From: Felis catus
Lineage: Eukaryota
Assembly (NCBI RefSeq): GCF_018350175.1
Contig: NC_058368.1
Coordinates: 45,696,001 to 45,760,000, forward strand
Length of the DNA stretch: 64,000 nt
Direction of reading: 5' to 3'
In this document: positions 1 through 12,615 of the stretch, in pieces
Numbering within the stretch: position 1 is the first letter of the stretch
Layout: each line of letters begins with the position of its first letter
The notes under the pieces: model-generated
The model's database searches: none
Told to the model about the DNA's origin: nothing
Seen by the model: only the letters and a program-made list of their open reading frames with translations
Translations under genes and position numbers: made by a program

Positions 1-69
1 TATGGTGAATAACTAAGTTTTATTTATCTTTTTACATTTCTATTCTGGTGTTGACTGCCATATTTATAA

Positions 70-1225
70 AACACAGTAAAAATAAATAACAAGAATAAAG
101 CAGAAAAATTAGAAAATAGCAAGAGAGTAGATAAAAGCCCAATCATTTCAATAATATATTAAGCATAGTCTAAACTCCCAAACTAAAATGGAAAAGATGA
201 TACTGAAAAAAAAAAAAGGCCAAATGATATATTGCCAACAAGTAAGCCACTTTAAATATACAGACATAGAGTAGTTAAAAACAAATGATAGAAAAAGATA
301 TATTATGTTAACACTAATCTGAATATCAACACACTTAAATTGCTCTATTATTGTAAAATAGATTTCAGGAAAAAAATATTTCTTGAGGTAAAGATCATTT
401 CAAAAAGGGAATAAATTCTTGAAGAACAATCCTAAATATTAAAAGAAAGTAATTGAAGAGTTTCATATAAAATCAAAACAGAATTAAAAGAAAAACTAAA
501 CAAATCTTTAATTCTAACAGGATATTTTGATACACAATCAATATATCTGACAGTTTTTAAAGACAGAAGATCAGCAATATAGATTTGAAAATCAGTATCA
601 ATTGATTGGGTCTTACTGATTTTTTTTTTCAAATTATCCACCCTAAGAGCAGTATTTTTTTTTTCTAGGACACATGTTGCCTTTACTGAGGTAGACCACA
701 GTCTGATAGATCATAAAATACATCTCAATAAATTAAAAAGATTTGAAACATATCTTTCCTCTTCACAATTAACTAGAAGTCATTAATGGAAAGATATCTG
801 GAACAACCCAAATATTTATAAACTAAATGAAAATTCAAAATAATTCATGGATCAAAGAAGAGATCAAAAAGAAAATATAAAGTATTTTGAAGTGGATGAA
901 AATAGACAATAGAAAATTTTGTGGTATCCTCCTAGGGCAGCCAGTAGTTTCTGGGGAAAATATAGCATTAAATCTTTATATAAATATAGAGAAGGATCCA
1001 ATGAAAATGAAATCTTATATTAAAAAACAAAAAATATATATATATCAAATAAAATTTAAAATAAGCAGAAGAGAACAAAGCAAATGTCAACAAAATAACA
1101 GCAAAAAAAGAGAGAAAAAACAAAAGAAAAGCTAGTTTTTTGAGAGTATCAATAATTCTGACACATTTCTAACCAGACTGATGGGGAGAAAGAGAATCTA
1201 ACTGTTGCCAACATCAGATATTATA
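70..1225 (+). mobile_element. Ancient L1 (L1M-type) remnant: inter-ORF region and ORF2 endonuclease region, heavily degenerate
   Basis: A-rich strand with recognisable L1 EN-region DNA (e.g. ccactttaaatatacagacatagag...gaaaaagatatattatgttaacactaatc; tcataaaatacatctcaataaattaaaaagatttgaaa); many stops and frameshifts. Confidence 0.75.
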
Positions 1226-1319
1226 TCCAGGACATTACTAAAGGTAAACAGTGTAGGATCAATAGTCACACACATTCTTAAAAGTTTTAAGTGAGAAAAA
1301 TAGTGTATTTATTCAGATA

Positions 1320-2250
1320 TTGATCTATTCTTTCTTCTGGAAGTATTATTTCCCATTCATATCATGTTCCTTCCGACTGAAAAATTCTTACTATTTTTTT
1401 TAGAGCAGTTTGGCCATTAAGAAGTTCTAAGCTTTTCTATATCTACAAATGTATTTTACCTTCATTTCTCAAAATGTAGTTTTGCCTTACACAGAATTAA
1501 GGGTTGACAGTTTTTTTCATCTGACACTTTAAAAAAAATATTGTTCTACTGTCTTCTGGCTTCCTTTGTTTCTGAATAGGAACTCAGAGACATTTGCATT
1601 ATTATATTCTAATACATAATATGCAATTTTCCTCTGGAGGCTTTCAAAATGTTCTTTTATCTTTAGTTTTCAGCAGCTTGATTACAATATTTTTGGATGT
1701 GCTTTTCTTTCATTTTATCCTCTTCGGGGTTTGCTGATCCTCTTATGTCTTTTAACAAGTTTGTGAAATTTCCCAAACTTATTCCTATATATGTATTTTT
1801 TTTCTGTAGCAATCTTTCTTTTCCACTTCTGATTTTCAGTGGCATCAATATTTTTCCACCAGGTTTTTGTCTTTCTGTTCTTCAAACTGAACAATTTCTA
1901 TTGTTCTATCTTTAAATGTCACTGACTCTCAGCTGTCTTCTCCACTCTACTACCGATCTCATCTACCCATAGCAGGGATTTTTTTTTTTTTTGGAGTGTT
2001 ATATTTTTCAGTTCTAAAATCTATTTTTGGTGATTTTATATACATTCAGTTTTTCCATATTTCAATTTGTTTCAAGAATGTGCTTTCTTCTTCTCTGACT
2101 TTGCATTTGTTCATTGGATTTTCCTTTGAATATTTGTTAGATGTCCCTGTATCTTTATCTAGTGATTTTGGATTGTAACTGTCCACTTTGAATAATCTAA
2201 TATCAGACTCTTTAATTTTGTTACATATCCTCTGGAGAAACTGCTTGTTG
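1320..2250 (-). mobile_element. Ancient L1 ORF1-region remnant, antisense
   Basis: T-rich; typical antisense ORF1 text (cacagaattaagggttgacagttttttt...ttctactgtcttctggcttcc...tttctgaataggaa; agcagcttgattacaat). Confidence 0.65.
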
Positions 2251-2787
2251 TTAGGATTGTTGTGTTGTTTTTGTTAGTTTTTTTTTTTTTCCCCCAGTCC
2301 AGTGAGGTTCGTATAGCCATTTCTATCTTCACCTTCTGTGACTTTCAATATCAGAGCAGTTATCAAAATCTTTGCATTGTTTTCTGGGTTTATCCTACAC
2401 ATGCACCATTCATGGGTTATTCTGAGACTTGGGGCATAGTTTAAATTACAGTTATCAATTACTTTCTATGCTGCTGGTCTATCACATAACTGCACAATGT
2501 GGGATTTTGTATAGAACTTGTGTTGGTTCACACACAGACTCAGACAGGCCCTTTGTTGTAATTTCCTCCTTAGTCTGGCTCCCAGAGGCCCTTAACAGTT
2601 TCCACCTTCAAAATTTCCTCTCACCCTTTAATTGTCCTAATTTTTATCCAACCTCAGGTTAAAACCACTTACTTGGGTAGCATTCTTTGATCCATAATAT
2701 ATTTACTTCAAATTAAATAATTATACACATACTTCTTTGCTTAATAGAATTTCTCCTATATTATACACATCTATAAATTATGAAGTA

Positions 2788-3103
2788 CAGTTGACCCTTA
2801 AACAATGTGGGGGTTAGGGCTGCTGACCTCCCACACAATTGAAACTCTGCTTAGAACTTTTGACTCCCTCCAAACTTAATTGCTAATAGCCTACTATTAA
2901 CCAGAAGCCTTATCAATAACAGTCAATTGACACATATTTTGTATATTATATACTGTATTCTTACAATAAAGCTGGAGAAAAGAAAACACTAAGAAAATAA
3001 TAAAAAAAAGAAAATACATTTACAATGTTGTGTTGTAGTTAGCAAAAAAATCCATATAAGTGGACCTGTGCATTTCACACTCATGTTGTTCAAGAGTCAA
3101 CTA
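2788..3103 (-). mobile_element. Tigger2a-like TcMar-Tigger non-autonomous DNA transposon
   Basis: Imperfect terminal inverted repeats CAGTTGACCCTTAAACAA / TTGTTCAAGAGTCAACTA, flanked by TA dinucleotides; internal ataagtggacc motif as in Tigger2a. Confidence 0.85.
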
Positions 3104-5560
3104 TATTCAGGCATTGCCCTTACTTCTGTGAATATGCTTTTTAAAGTGCTTTGCACAGTACAGGACAATGATATTTTATTGATCAATAGACTAATGAATA
3201 TAATTGAGACGGGAAGAAAAAATGTCACTCATAAAAAATTGATAGATCTTTTAAAATGTAGAATATGTTTGTGAACAAGAAATAAAGTTCTAAGTTGTAG
3301 CACCGGCAATTCAATCACATCCAATTGTTCTTTATCTGTTCTTGATATCATATATTATCCACTGGAGCACTGGACTTATAAAGTCTCTTCATTCAACCGA
3401 AGTCCTTCTGTTAAGACTTGCAAAGTCAGAATATGACAGTGTTTTGATGGGATAGTAATCAGTTAAATAGTCTTTCACTATATGCCAAGATTTATGAGAC
3501 TTGGCATTTAAATCTTAATTGCAAAAAAAAAAATCACTTTTGGGTATTAAAACTCCATAGGGAAATTGAATCAATCACAGGAGAGAATCCTAGTCTTAGA
3601 GATAGGCTTTACATAAATTTCATTGACTCCTATAATACAAATTATTTAGATAAAATTGAAAATCTGTATCTGTAAGATTTCAGTCATTCACTCGAAAGAA
3701 AAACACTCTTTTATAGAAAAGGAAATATATTATAAACTGGGGGTAAACATCATCAATAAATAGAACACCATGACTAAGAAGCTGAATTAACCCAAACAGT
3801 AGTTGTTCAGAACTTCTTCAGTGTTGTGACTATTTAATACATATTGCCAACTCTGAATTCCTCTACAAAATAAGATTATCTCAAATTTACAAGTCATATA
3901 TATTTGTAAAAGAAAGTAGCAAATGAAAGAATTAATTAGCTAAAGAAGTTGAATAAGATATTACCAAGTGAGAGGTTGATAATATTATTCCCTTCAGAGG
4001 CTCATCTGCCTGTCTCTCCGTGACAGACATCATGGCTGCAGTGAGCAAGAATGTGAAAAAGAAGCCAATTTACAAGCAAGAATTTCCTAGGTAGAGACAG
4101 ACCAATTCCAGATTTTGGAGAACAATAAAATAATTCTGTCACACATGATTTAGAACGCAACAAGCAGTGACAGCTTTCCTTTGATACTTGCAAACTGTTC
4201 TGCTTGTACATTGCATGACTGATCTACGTGAGATAACAAGTATCAAAGTGGTCAGAGGCAAAAAAGGAAAATATTTTAAACTCTCTGCATATGTGGGTCT
4301 ACTGAACTGTGAATCTATGACCAGTAAGAAAAATCATATTATTATATATTATATTAATTATATATTGTTAGAAACACATATGTATTGATGTGTCTATATC
4401 CACCCGCCTCACCCCACCCAACCCCCCAGGAGAAAAAATAACTTATTTTGTTTATCCCAAAGGTAACTGATTCTCTAGAGACAATGATGAACAATTTACT
4501 TCCTTGTTTGCTTGTTAAGAAAGACTTGCAAATCTAATAAACCCAAATCAATAACATGTGTCAAAACGTTTTACACAACTTACACATATATAATCAGAAA
4601 GTGTGATACCTGAATACTGCAAGGTTTTTTCTTGCTTTCTGGCATCACCCTTCCCTTTTCTTACTAAATTAAATTGTTCAAGTGCTCATTCTATACAGAA
4701 GAGGGTCATGTCCCTTCCCCACCTATCTACCCCACCTGTGGAAGTGGTCACTCGTGATACTGGAAAATGGTTGGCGTTTTCTTATGTTGAGTCACATCTT
4801 TCTTTAGCTCACTTATCCACGATGGTTGAACACATAACCGTGCCCAGCTCTGCCTCAGGCTGCTGCTCCCTTTATACCCCTTGCCACTGCCTAGGAACAC
4901 CAGAACGTTCATCTTTGTTCCTTCACTTAATGAAGGACTATGTCCATTAGATGAATGTGTGGTAAACATTTACTGACTTTTGATGTGTAAAAGAGGATTT
5001 ACCAGTCAAGTAAGAAATAATTTTGAATCCACTCCAACACACATTGTTCCTAGAAATATAAAAGCCTTTCTCTCCACATGGAATGCCTCACCATTTCTAC
5101 TTGCAGTCCTAAGACTTTTGTCTGCTTCTTACGGAATCCATAACAAACAACTCCCACAAAATAAAATCTAAAATAAAACAAGCAGACATACTCTACAAAA
5201 CCATCCCAGTTAATTGCAAACACATGTTACTTTATTATGTACAAGGTTTAGAATGTAAACCTGTATCTACAATTTCTCCAATTTATGTTATACTCACATG
5301 CTTTATATTTTATAACTTCATGATCATAATTTTTTCTTCCCCCAACAATACACTAATTCTGTTTCAAAAGAAAATGTCATTCTCCTTCCATGCCCACAAT
5401 ACAGCAACAGTTTTTAATATCTTATTTCTCCCCAAATAGATGTAAAATATAGTGGATAATGGAGATGGTTAAAAGGAAATTTTAGGCTACATTAAAATTA
5501 TAATAAAATATAATCATGGTAAGGCTAGAATAATAAAAAGTAATCCAGAAAAATATATTA

Positions 5561-5762
5561 ATTTTTTTTTATTTGAGAGAGACAAAGCAGGTGCACACTC
5601 ACAAGCAGGGGAGGAAAGAGAAAGAGGGAGAGAGAGAATCCCAAGCAAGCTCCACATGGTCAGCACAGAGCCTGATGCTGGGCTTGAACTCACAAACTGT
5701 GAGATCATGACGTGAGTAAAAATCAAGTGTCAGAGACTTAACGGAGATGCTTAGGTGCCCCC
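5561..5762 (-). mobile_element. Can-SINE (older SINEC), antisense
   Basis: Poly-T, (GA)n tract and tRNA-derived head ending ggtgcccc. Confidence 0.9.
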
Positions 5763-5977
5763 AAGAAAAAGAGTTATTTTTGACTGCTGTAATAATTTAG
5801 TGTTTATCAAATACTTGTTTTGAGATAAGTAGGGAATTCCCAATGGAAGAAATGTCAAAAAGTTAAAGGGGATATTTTGGGTCATCCTTGATTTTTCTCA
5901 GTTTGCGTTAACATTTTAAAGAGTACCTTGAAGTGTGTTCCCCTTGATCTTCATAGATCTGGCATAGCTCCTCCTTT

Positions 5978-6183
5978 ATTTTTTTAAAGTTTATTTATTT
6001 TGAGAGAGAGCAAGAGCATGCACAAGCAGGGGTGGGGCAGAGAGAGGGAGAGAGAGAGAATCCCAAACAAGCTCCACATTGTCAGTGCAGAGCCAAATGT
6101 GGGACTCGAAACCACCAACTGTGAAATCATGACCCAAGCCAAAACCAAGAGTCAAATGCTCAACTGAGCCACCCAGGTGCCCC
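5978..6183 (-). mobile_element. Can-SINE, antisense, 13-bp TSD
   Basis: TSD TAGCTCCTCCTTT at 5965-5977 and 6184-6196; head actgagccacccaggtgcccc. Confidence 0.95.
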
Positions 6184-6599
6184 TAGCTCCTCCTTTCTTG
6201 AACCAGAGCCACAGCCAGAACAATGTACATTCTCATGGACAATCATGGCCAAGGATCAATAAGTAAATAAATATGTATATATAAAACATGAGATTTTTTC
6301 CTATGTTAGATTGGAGTATATTAAATATATTGGCATATATATGTACATATGTACTTCTATATATTTGTACAATTGGAATATGTATGGTCATAATGTGTTT
6401 TTTAAGGTCTATACTATTATAGGAATTCTTTTTCCATCTATTCTCAAGAAGATATTCTCTAAGGAGATAAAGAAGAAATAGTTTTTTTTACTTTATCCCT
6501 CATTTTATTATAGTGTAAGTTCTCCATCCCATACAAGGTTATATGCCTTTTTTCCTATACCTTATAATTTGCACACATTACAAGTTTCAAATCTATAGA

Positions 6600-7205
6600 C
6601 TTACACACTGTAGATTTCTAACTTCAGAAGTATATTCTGGCAGCCGGATTTTACTCTCAACACACACATGCTGACAGGCCAGAGAATTCTCACTTTGACT
6701 CTCCTTCCCAGTTTGTGCCAGAATACCCCCCGCCACTGCAATGACTAATAGGAGTTGTTCTTTAAATACACGGCTACCTTGCCCCTCAGGTAGGATAATT
6801 CTCAAACATGTATTCCACACTGACTTTCAGAGTTCACCAGTATGATTATTCTTTAGTTAACTACAGTAGTAACTGGCTTGATGACACGGTATTCTAGACT
6901 AAGATTCCCCTTCAGAACCAAACAACTTATTTCTCTAGTTGTAACTACTGTCAGCTGAAAGTCCTCTGGAGCTGTCAGCCATCTGGAGAAATTGTCCTTG
7001 GTGGGTGATAGGACTTTCTCTCAATATGCCAACGCTTCTTTGGACCAGCAACTTGCATCTAATGATAGAAATTACAGGCACATGAAGACTCACCTCCTTA
7101 CTCCCAATTGAGGGCAAACCTAAAGGATGCTAATATTATCTCTAAAATCTCCTATATATCAATCTCTGTATCAATCTCCTTTCAAGGAAGGTAAGTCTTT
7201 AAGTT
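6600..7205 (+). mobile_element. LTR16-like ERVL LTR remnant(s)
   Basis: Resembles recalled LTR16 motifs (ccttgcccctcaggtaggataattctc...ttccacactgactttcagagttcaccag...cagtagtaactggcttgat). Confidence 0.6.
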
Positions 7206-9065
7206 TGGAGCCAAGAATTGTCTGAGAGAGCAGATGTTAAGATGAGTTTCTGCAGCTGATAAAGCTGCCAGCCACCTGGCAAGGAGGACTTCATTGCTTG
7301 TTATAGGAAAAGAGTAGACATCCCCCGGAATTTGGAAATGCAGTGTAGAACTTCCACTGATGGTAAAGTAGAATAGTACACCAATGGAAAGAAATTAACT
7401 AATGAAGGTAATATATCAGGTCTTTGATTAACAAGGGAGGGATTGTAATTAAAAGAACATTGGAACTGGATAGCCTTTGTCATTGATGCTTTTGAAAAGA
7501 TAAAAGCTTGTAATGATTAATTGGCAGTTAAACTCCATAGTGGTAGCAAATAAAAAGATGCTCATCGTCTGCAGCCAAGGGAAGAGGAAGCTGAGGCCCA
7601 AATTCTGGACTTATTTACTCGTCTAGAAGAACTCCAAAGAAAGTAAAAAATTTCAATCTGGTTAGATCTGTTATACCAAGGTCAGGTTCTGCTTAGGAGG
7701 AATGAGGCTAAGTAATGGGGATGAGGCCATATAGAATCTTGAATTTCTGCCCCAGATCCCTCCCGCCAGTCCCTGTAGCACGCACCGCCTCTTAGCCCTT
7801 CCTAACAGTCTAAATGTCCATCAACTGATGAATGGATAAAGAAGTTGTGGTTTGTATATACAATGGAATATTACTTGGAAATGAGAAAGAATGAAATATG
7901 GCCCTTTGTAGCAACGTGGATGGAACTGGAGAGTGTGATGCTAAGTGAAATAAGCCATACAGAGAAAGACAGATACCATATGTTTTCAATCGTATGTGGA
8001 TCCTGAGAAACTTAACAGTAGACCATGGGGGAGGGGAAGGGGGGAAAAAAAGTTACAGAGAGGGAAGGAGGCAAACCATAAGAGACTCTTTAAAACTGAG
8101 AACAATCTGAGGGTTGATGGGGGGGTGGGAGGGAGGGGAAAGTGTGTGATGGGCATTGAGGAGGGCACCTGTTTGGATGAGCACTGGGTGCTGTATGGAA
8201 ACCAGTTTGACCATAAATTTCATATTAAAAAAATAATTATAAAAAAATTGTATAAAAATAATAAAATCTTGAATTTCCAATTCCCCTGAATCCTCTGAGC
8301 CTGCAGATGTGGCCATCTTCTCCTTAATATCTGGCACATCACCCTTCCTTGAATACAGTGCATATGTCTCACCCCTGTAAACAACACGTGACCCTGGGAT
8401 CTGACTACACCTCCCCTCCTTTTTACCAGGCCAGGGCACAATCAAATCATACTAGAATCCACCTGGGGTAATGCGAGGCCTGCTAAGGAAGGAAAGGGAC
8501 TATCTAGGAGGAGCTGCAAGACAGAGCTAACCTGTGCCATCAGAAGGTTTCTGGGGATGGTGGATCAAGGGATCATGTTACATAAGGGAACATTTATCAG
8601 GATGGGGACATTCTTTCAGACTACACATGTAAAGACCTTATCAAATACCCTGGAAAATGGTGCTAATATGCTTCTGGATGGATCTGAAAGCGTGGAAAGA
8701 GCAATAGTCCCCAATGAACAAGGTAAAAACTCCACTTTGGTAGACAGTGAGAGAAAGTATTATAGGAGGCTTAAGGAGTAATATTAGAGTGAATTTGGTG
8801 GAAAGCCAGAAAATTCACCAGATGACCTTGTTTCATTACAGTGCCCACAGGATATACTGCTTACTGAAGTACAAGCAATATATAGGCGAGAAGGAAAATA
8901 CCAACACTAAGAAGTTCAGTAAAGTCTTCCCTGTGCAGGTCATGGTTGACAAGGCGAGATGCTGGTACAGAACCGGGTTCTCTGAGAGCAATGGGAGTAA
9001 CAGGACCCAAAACAAGAGAGGCCAAGTTTTGGCAACTGTTGCCAGAAGTCAGGCTGTTTTTCCAT
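7206..9065 (+). mobile_element. ERVL internal remnant (HERV16/ERV3-16A3-like leader and gag), interrupted by a young L1
   Basis: Begins tggagccaagaattgtctgagagagcag after the LTR; gag-like text at 8550-8900; sequence is continuous across the L1 TSD (gaatcttgaatttccaattcccctgaatcctctgagcctgcag). Confidence 0.6.
7807..8264 (+). mobile_element. Young felid-type L1, 5'-truncated (ORF2 C-terminus, 3'UTR, A-rich tail)
   Basis: Encodes KCPSTDEWIKKLWFVYTMEYY...VATWMELESVMLSEISHTEKDRYHMFS; G-rich 3'UTR; TSD AATCTTGAATTTC at 7735-7747 and 8265-8277. Confidence 0.95.
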
Positions 9066-9069
9066 GCAC

Positions 9070-9286
9070 TTTTTTTTTTTTTAAGTTTATTTATTTACTT
9101 TGAGAGAGAGAAAGAGCAAGCGAGCACATATGTGCAAGGAGAGGGGCAGAGGGAGGCAGAGAATCCCAAGCAGGCTCCACACTCAACACAGAGTCTGACA
9201 CTGCACTCAATTTCATATACCAAGAGATCATGACCTGAGCCAAAATCAAGTTGGACACTTAACCGACTGAGCCACCCAGGTGCTCC
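9070..9286 (-). mobile_element. Can-SINE, antisense
   Basis: Poly-T, (GA)n, head cttaaccgactgagccacccaggtgctcc. Confidence 0.93.
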
Positions 9287-9299
9287 TTCCCACCGTCGA

Positions 9300-10090
9300 T
9301 CACTTTATTATAAACAATATTCTTTCTAGCTGCCTCTCTTAACCTAGACATTTATCTAAAACCCAGGAATTCCAATCAGTATTAGCTATCATCATAGATT
9401 CTTTTAAGTCAGCCTCCCTCCACTCCAGCCTTGTCCTTACCCATTACAGCTATGATGGTAGCTATGTCCACTTTACTCTGAGGACTGAAGTGCTGTCACA
9501 GCTTCTGCTATTCCAGAATTCTGTGATGACACTAGAAGACCTAATTCTATAAGAGCATGTCCTGTTCTCAGTCTTGTCTTAGCACAGATACTACTGAGTT
9601 CATGGATAATGCTGGAGTCCTCTGACTAGTACATTTTAAGACTTTAGTGAGGGAAATATCTTGGAATCTTCCAAAAGACACAGATAATCTGCTATGTTCC
9701 TGGGTCTTACATATTCAATCTAACATGGAGCTCTCCCTCAGAGCCTTTTGATCACTTCCTCAGCATCGTACCAAGGGAGACATGACATCTCCATTTCATT
9801 TAATGTGGGCCAACATTCTTTTCCAAGTGCTCAGGAAGAAACCCAAGAATGTATTAGGATGAGCTCCAGGTACCCCTGCCAGGATATTAAATCCTGAGCC
9901 ACGGGGAGCATGCTCCCATATCAACAAACTGTCCCTTATCCAAACTTAAATTCTGTCCCCTCAGACCAGGAGTTTCAAGGTCTATTTGAAAGCATACTTG
10001 TGAATTTCTGCCTGTATATATTTTCCAGACCCCTGCAGCTCCTCTATGAATATTCTTCCTTTTCTTAGAACCATGCTGAGACTTGACCCA
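9300..10090 (-). mobile_element. Second ERVL gag-region remnant, antisense
   Basis: Reverse complement reads aagtttggataagggacagtttgttgatatgggagca...caggatttaatatcctggca...tggcccacattaaatgaaatggagatg, resembling ERVL gag DNA. Confidence 0.6.
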
Positions 10091-10109
10091 AAAAATATAC
10101 GATGGTGTT

Positions 10110-10460
10110 CATTATTCCTAAAAATCAGAGAAATATGCATTAATGTATCAAAAGATACATCTTTTACCTGACAAATACACAAAACGAAAGAACATGGAGA
10201 TATCCACTGTTGAAGAATGTGGAAGAACATGCACGCACATGTTGCATTTACATGTCTTAGTGGCTATAGTTATTTTTGAACAGTTTTTTTTTTTTATAAA
10301 TCAAATCTGTGGTTTCCATCAAGTTTTAAAATGCACATGACTGATTATTTCTAGGTTTATGTCCTCAGAAGATGAACATGTGCCCAAAGACATACTGCAA
10401 TGATCTTCGTTGCGAGATTGACTGTAAAATCCAAGAAGTGAAAACATCTTAATCTTCATA
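10110..10460 (+). mobile_element. Very old L1 (L1ME-like) ORF2 3' remnant
   Basis: Degenerate motifs cagagaaatatgcatt, tttctaggtttatgtcctcagaa, gaagtgaaaacatcttaa. Confidence 0.45.
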
Positions 10461-12615
10461 GAAAAAAAAGGAAAAAGGAGGGAAAGAGAAAAGGAAACAC
10501 AAAATCAAACAATATTCCTCTCACTAAATTTTCTTTTTAGAATATTTGCCATTAAGTTTTCTTTTGCTCTACTGTGACTTTCAGGATTTGTTTTCTACTT
10601 CTTTTTCTATACTCTAGAATAGTTTAAGTCACAATGGAATTACCCGATCTGTTGTAAATCATTAAAATACCCTGGGAAGCCTCCTGTCTTATGGATTTCC
10701 TGTATTTTGGGGGGTGGGGGGTCTGGTAATTTTTTGCATCTTTCTTGTTCTTCTCTGTAAGTTCTGTTGAGACATTCCAATATTACTCAGGTATTATTTG
10801 GGTAAAGTATATTTTCTTGAAAGTTTTAAAGGCTTTCAAATTTATATGCAGAGTTTTTTAATGTCATTTTTAAGGTGTTTACTTTCTGATGGCTATTTCT
10901 CCTTTGTCACGGATTTTATTTTTTGGTGTCTTCATATCCTCCCCTAAAGTTTTTAATTAAGTTGGCAGGGGTTTTGACTGATTAAATATTTTTTCCATAA
11001 AACAATTTTATTTTAATTAGCTCTGTTTTTCAAATCATTAGTTTTAATTTATACTTTCTTCTTTACTTTCCTTTGCTGATACTTTATAAATTGAACTTTT
11101 CCTTTAATCATGTTCCCTTATTTTTTTTAATTGTAGAACTATTGATTGCTGTAAATTATTTCTAGGCATTGATTTAGCAATGTCCCATAGATTCTCCTAT
11201 ATCTGTCATCTCTATTATTTTTCCTAGGTATTTTCCAATTTAATTTTTGTACCAATAGTTGTTTACTAGCATTTCTTTAGGATTTCTAATTCAAAGGAAG
11301 TGTTCTGTTGTTGTCAATTGCAGCTTTAGAAATTTTAATGTGTATTAGGTTATGGTTAGATAATGCTGGTTGTGTCATTCATATTTCATAGCTTTTTTTT
11401 TAACATATGGTCAGCTTTTGTGAATGTTCTATGTACTGAAAAAACATTCATTAGAGCTGGAGTTCATAGTTAGATAAATATCACTATTGATATTTACCAT
11501 ATTGATTATGCTGTTTAGGTCTTTTACATCCTTATTAATTTGGTGCCAACTCAATTCATCTTGGTGAGAGAGGTGTGTTAGTATCTCATCTTATTACTGT
11601 ATTTTATGTACTTCTCCTTGCCTGTCTGGTAGCTTCTATGAAAGCTGTTGGTATGTTTTCATTATGGATTATGGTCCTGAGCACTATAAAGGGTCTTTTT
11701 TAAACTATTGTTTTGAAGACATTATATCTCGTCCTGTGTCAACATCATTACCTTGTTTTAATTTTCATTTCCTAGTATATCCTTACATTTGCTTTATTTT
11801 TTTACCCTTGTGGATATTAGGGGGTCTATTTTTCATTTTATGTGTATCTTATTATATAATATGAAGTGAAATGGAGTTGGATTTTGCTTTGTTAGCTATC
11901 TATACTTTTGATTAGTAAGATAGGAACATTTATATTCATTAATAGGACCCATGTATTTGTTTAAATTAGCTGTCCCTCCTTTGTTATATTTGTATTTAGT
12001 TTGCAAAATTATAATTTTACTAATTAGTTCCTAACAGGTTTAAAGTTTCCTATATCCACATTCTATGCAATAATTAAACTTGCTCGTAATTTATTCACTA
12101 TTTACTCACATTTTTCCCATTTAAAAGTACCATTTTACTCACAAACTAATACCTATGAGGCAATTAGTAATCTTTCCCCCAGGTTTATTGTATTATTTTT
12201 AAAAATTCCAACCTACTTTTAAAATTAGTGTTTTATGTACATTGTTAGAAAATATAACTCCATCATTTTTATCTATGTAATTTTGTAAAATATATACTTC
12301 GACAATCCCACCAGACATTTTGCTGAAGTTTGTTCTATGGTTTTTCCTGGTTGTCTGAAGTTCATTCCTAGGAGATTGTTCAAGAAGCTCTCAAGAGAGT
12401 AATCCTTTAGTTCTGACATGTTAGTAACTTAATAACTATTGTTCTCTGGCCTCTATACTTAAAGCCAGCTTGGCTGAAATTAAAAAAAAAAAATCTTAGT
12501 TCATATTTTCATTCCTAGACTACCTCAAATGTGTTACGCATTGTGTTTTGGGATGAAGTGTTACAGGGAGTTTCTTTCCTTTTTAAGAGACTTACATGTT
12601 TGTCTTGGTTGATAT

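Noticed and set aside
3300..3410. Minus-strand terminal coding exon (GLRLNEETL*)
   Set aside because: Too short to distinguish from chance; kept only as a possible acceptor for the 4.85-kb promoter candidate
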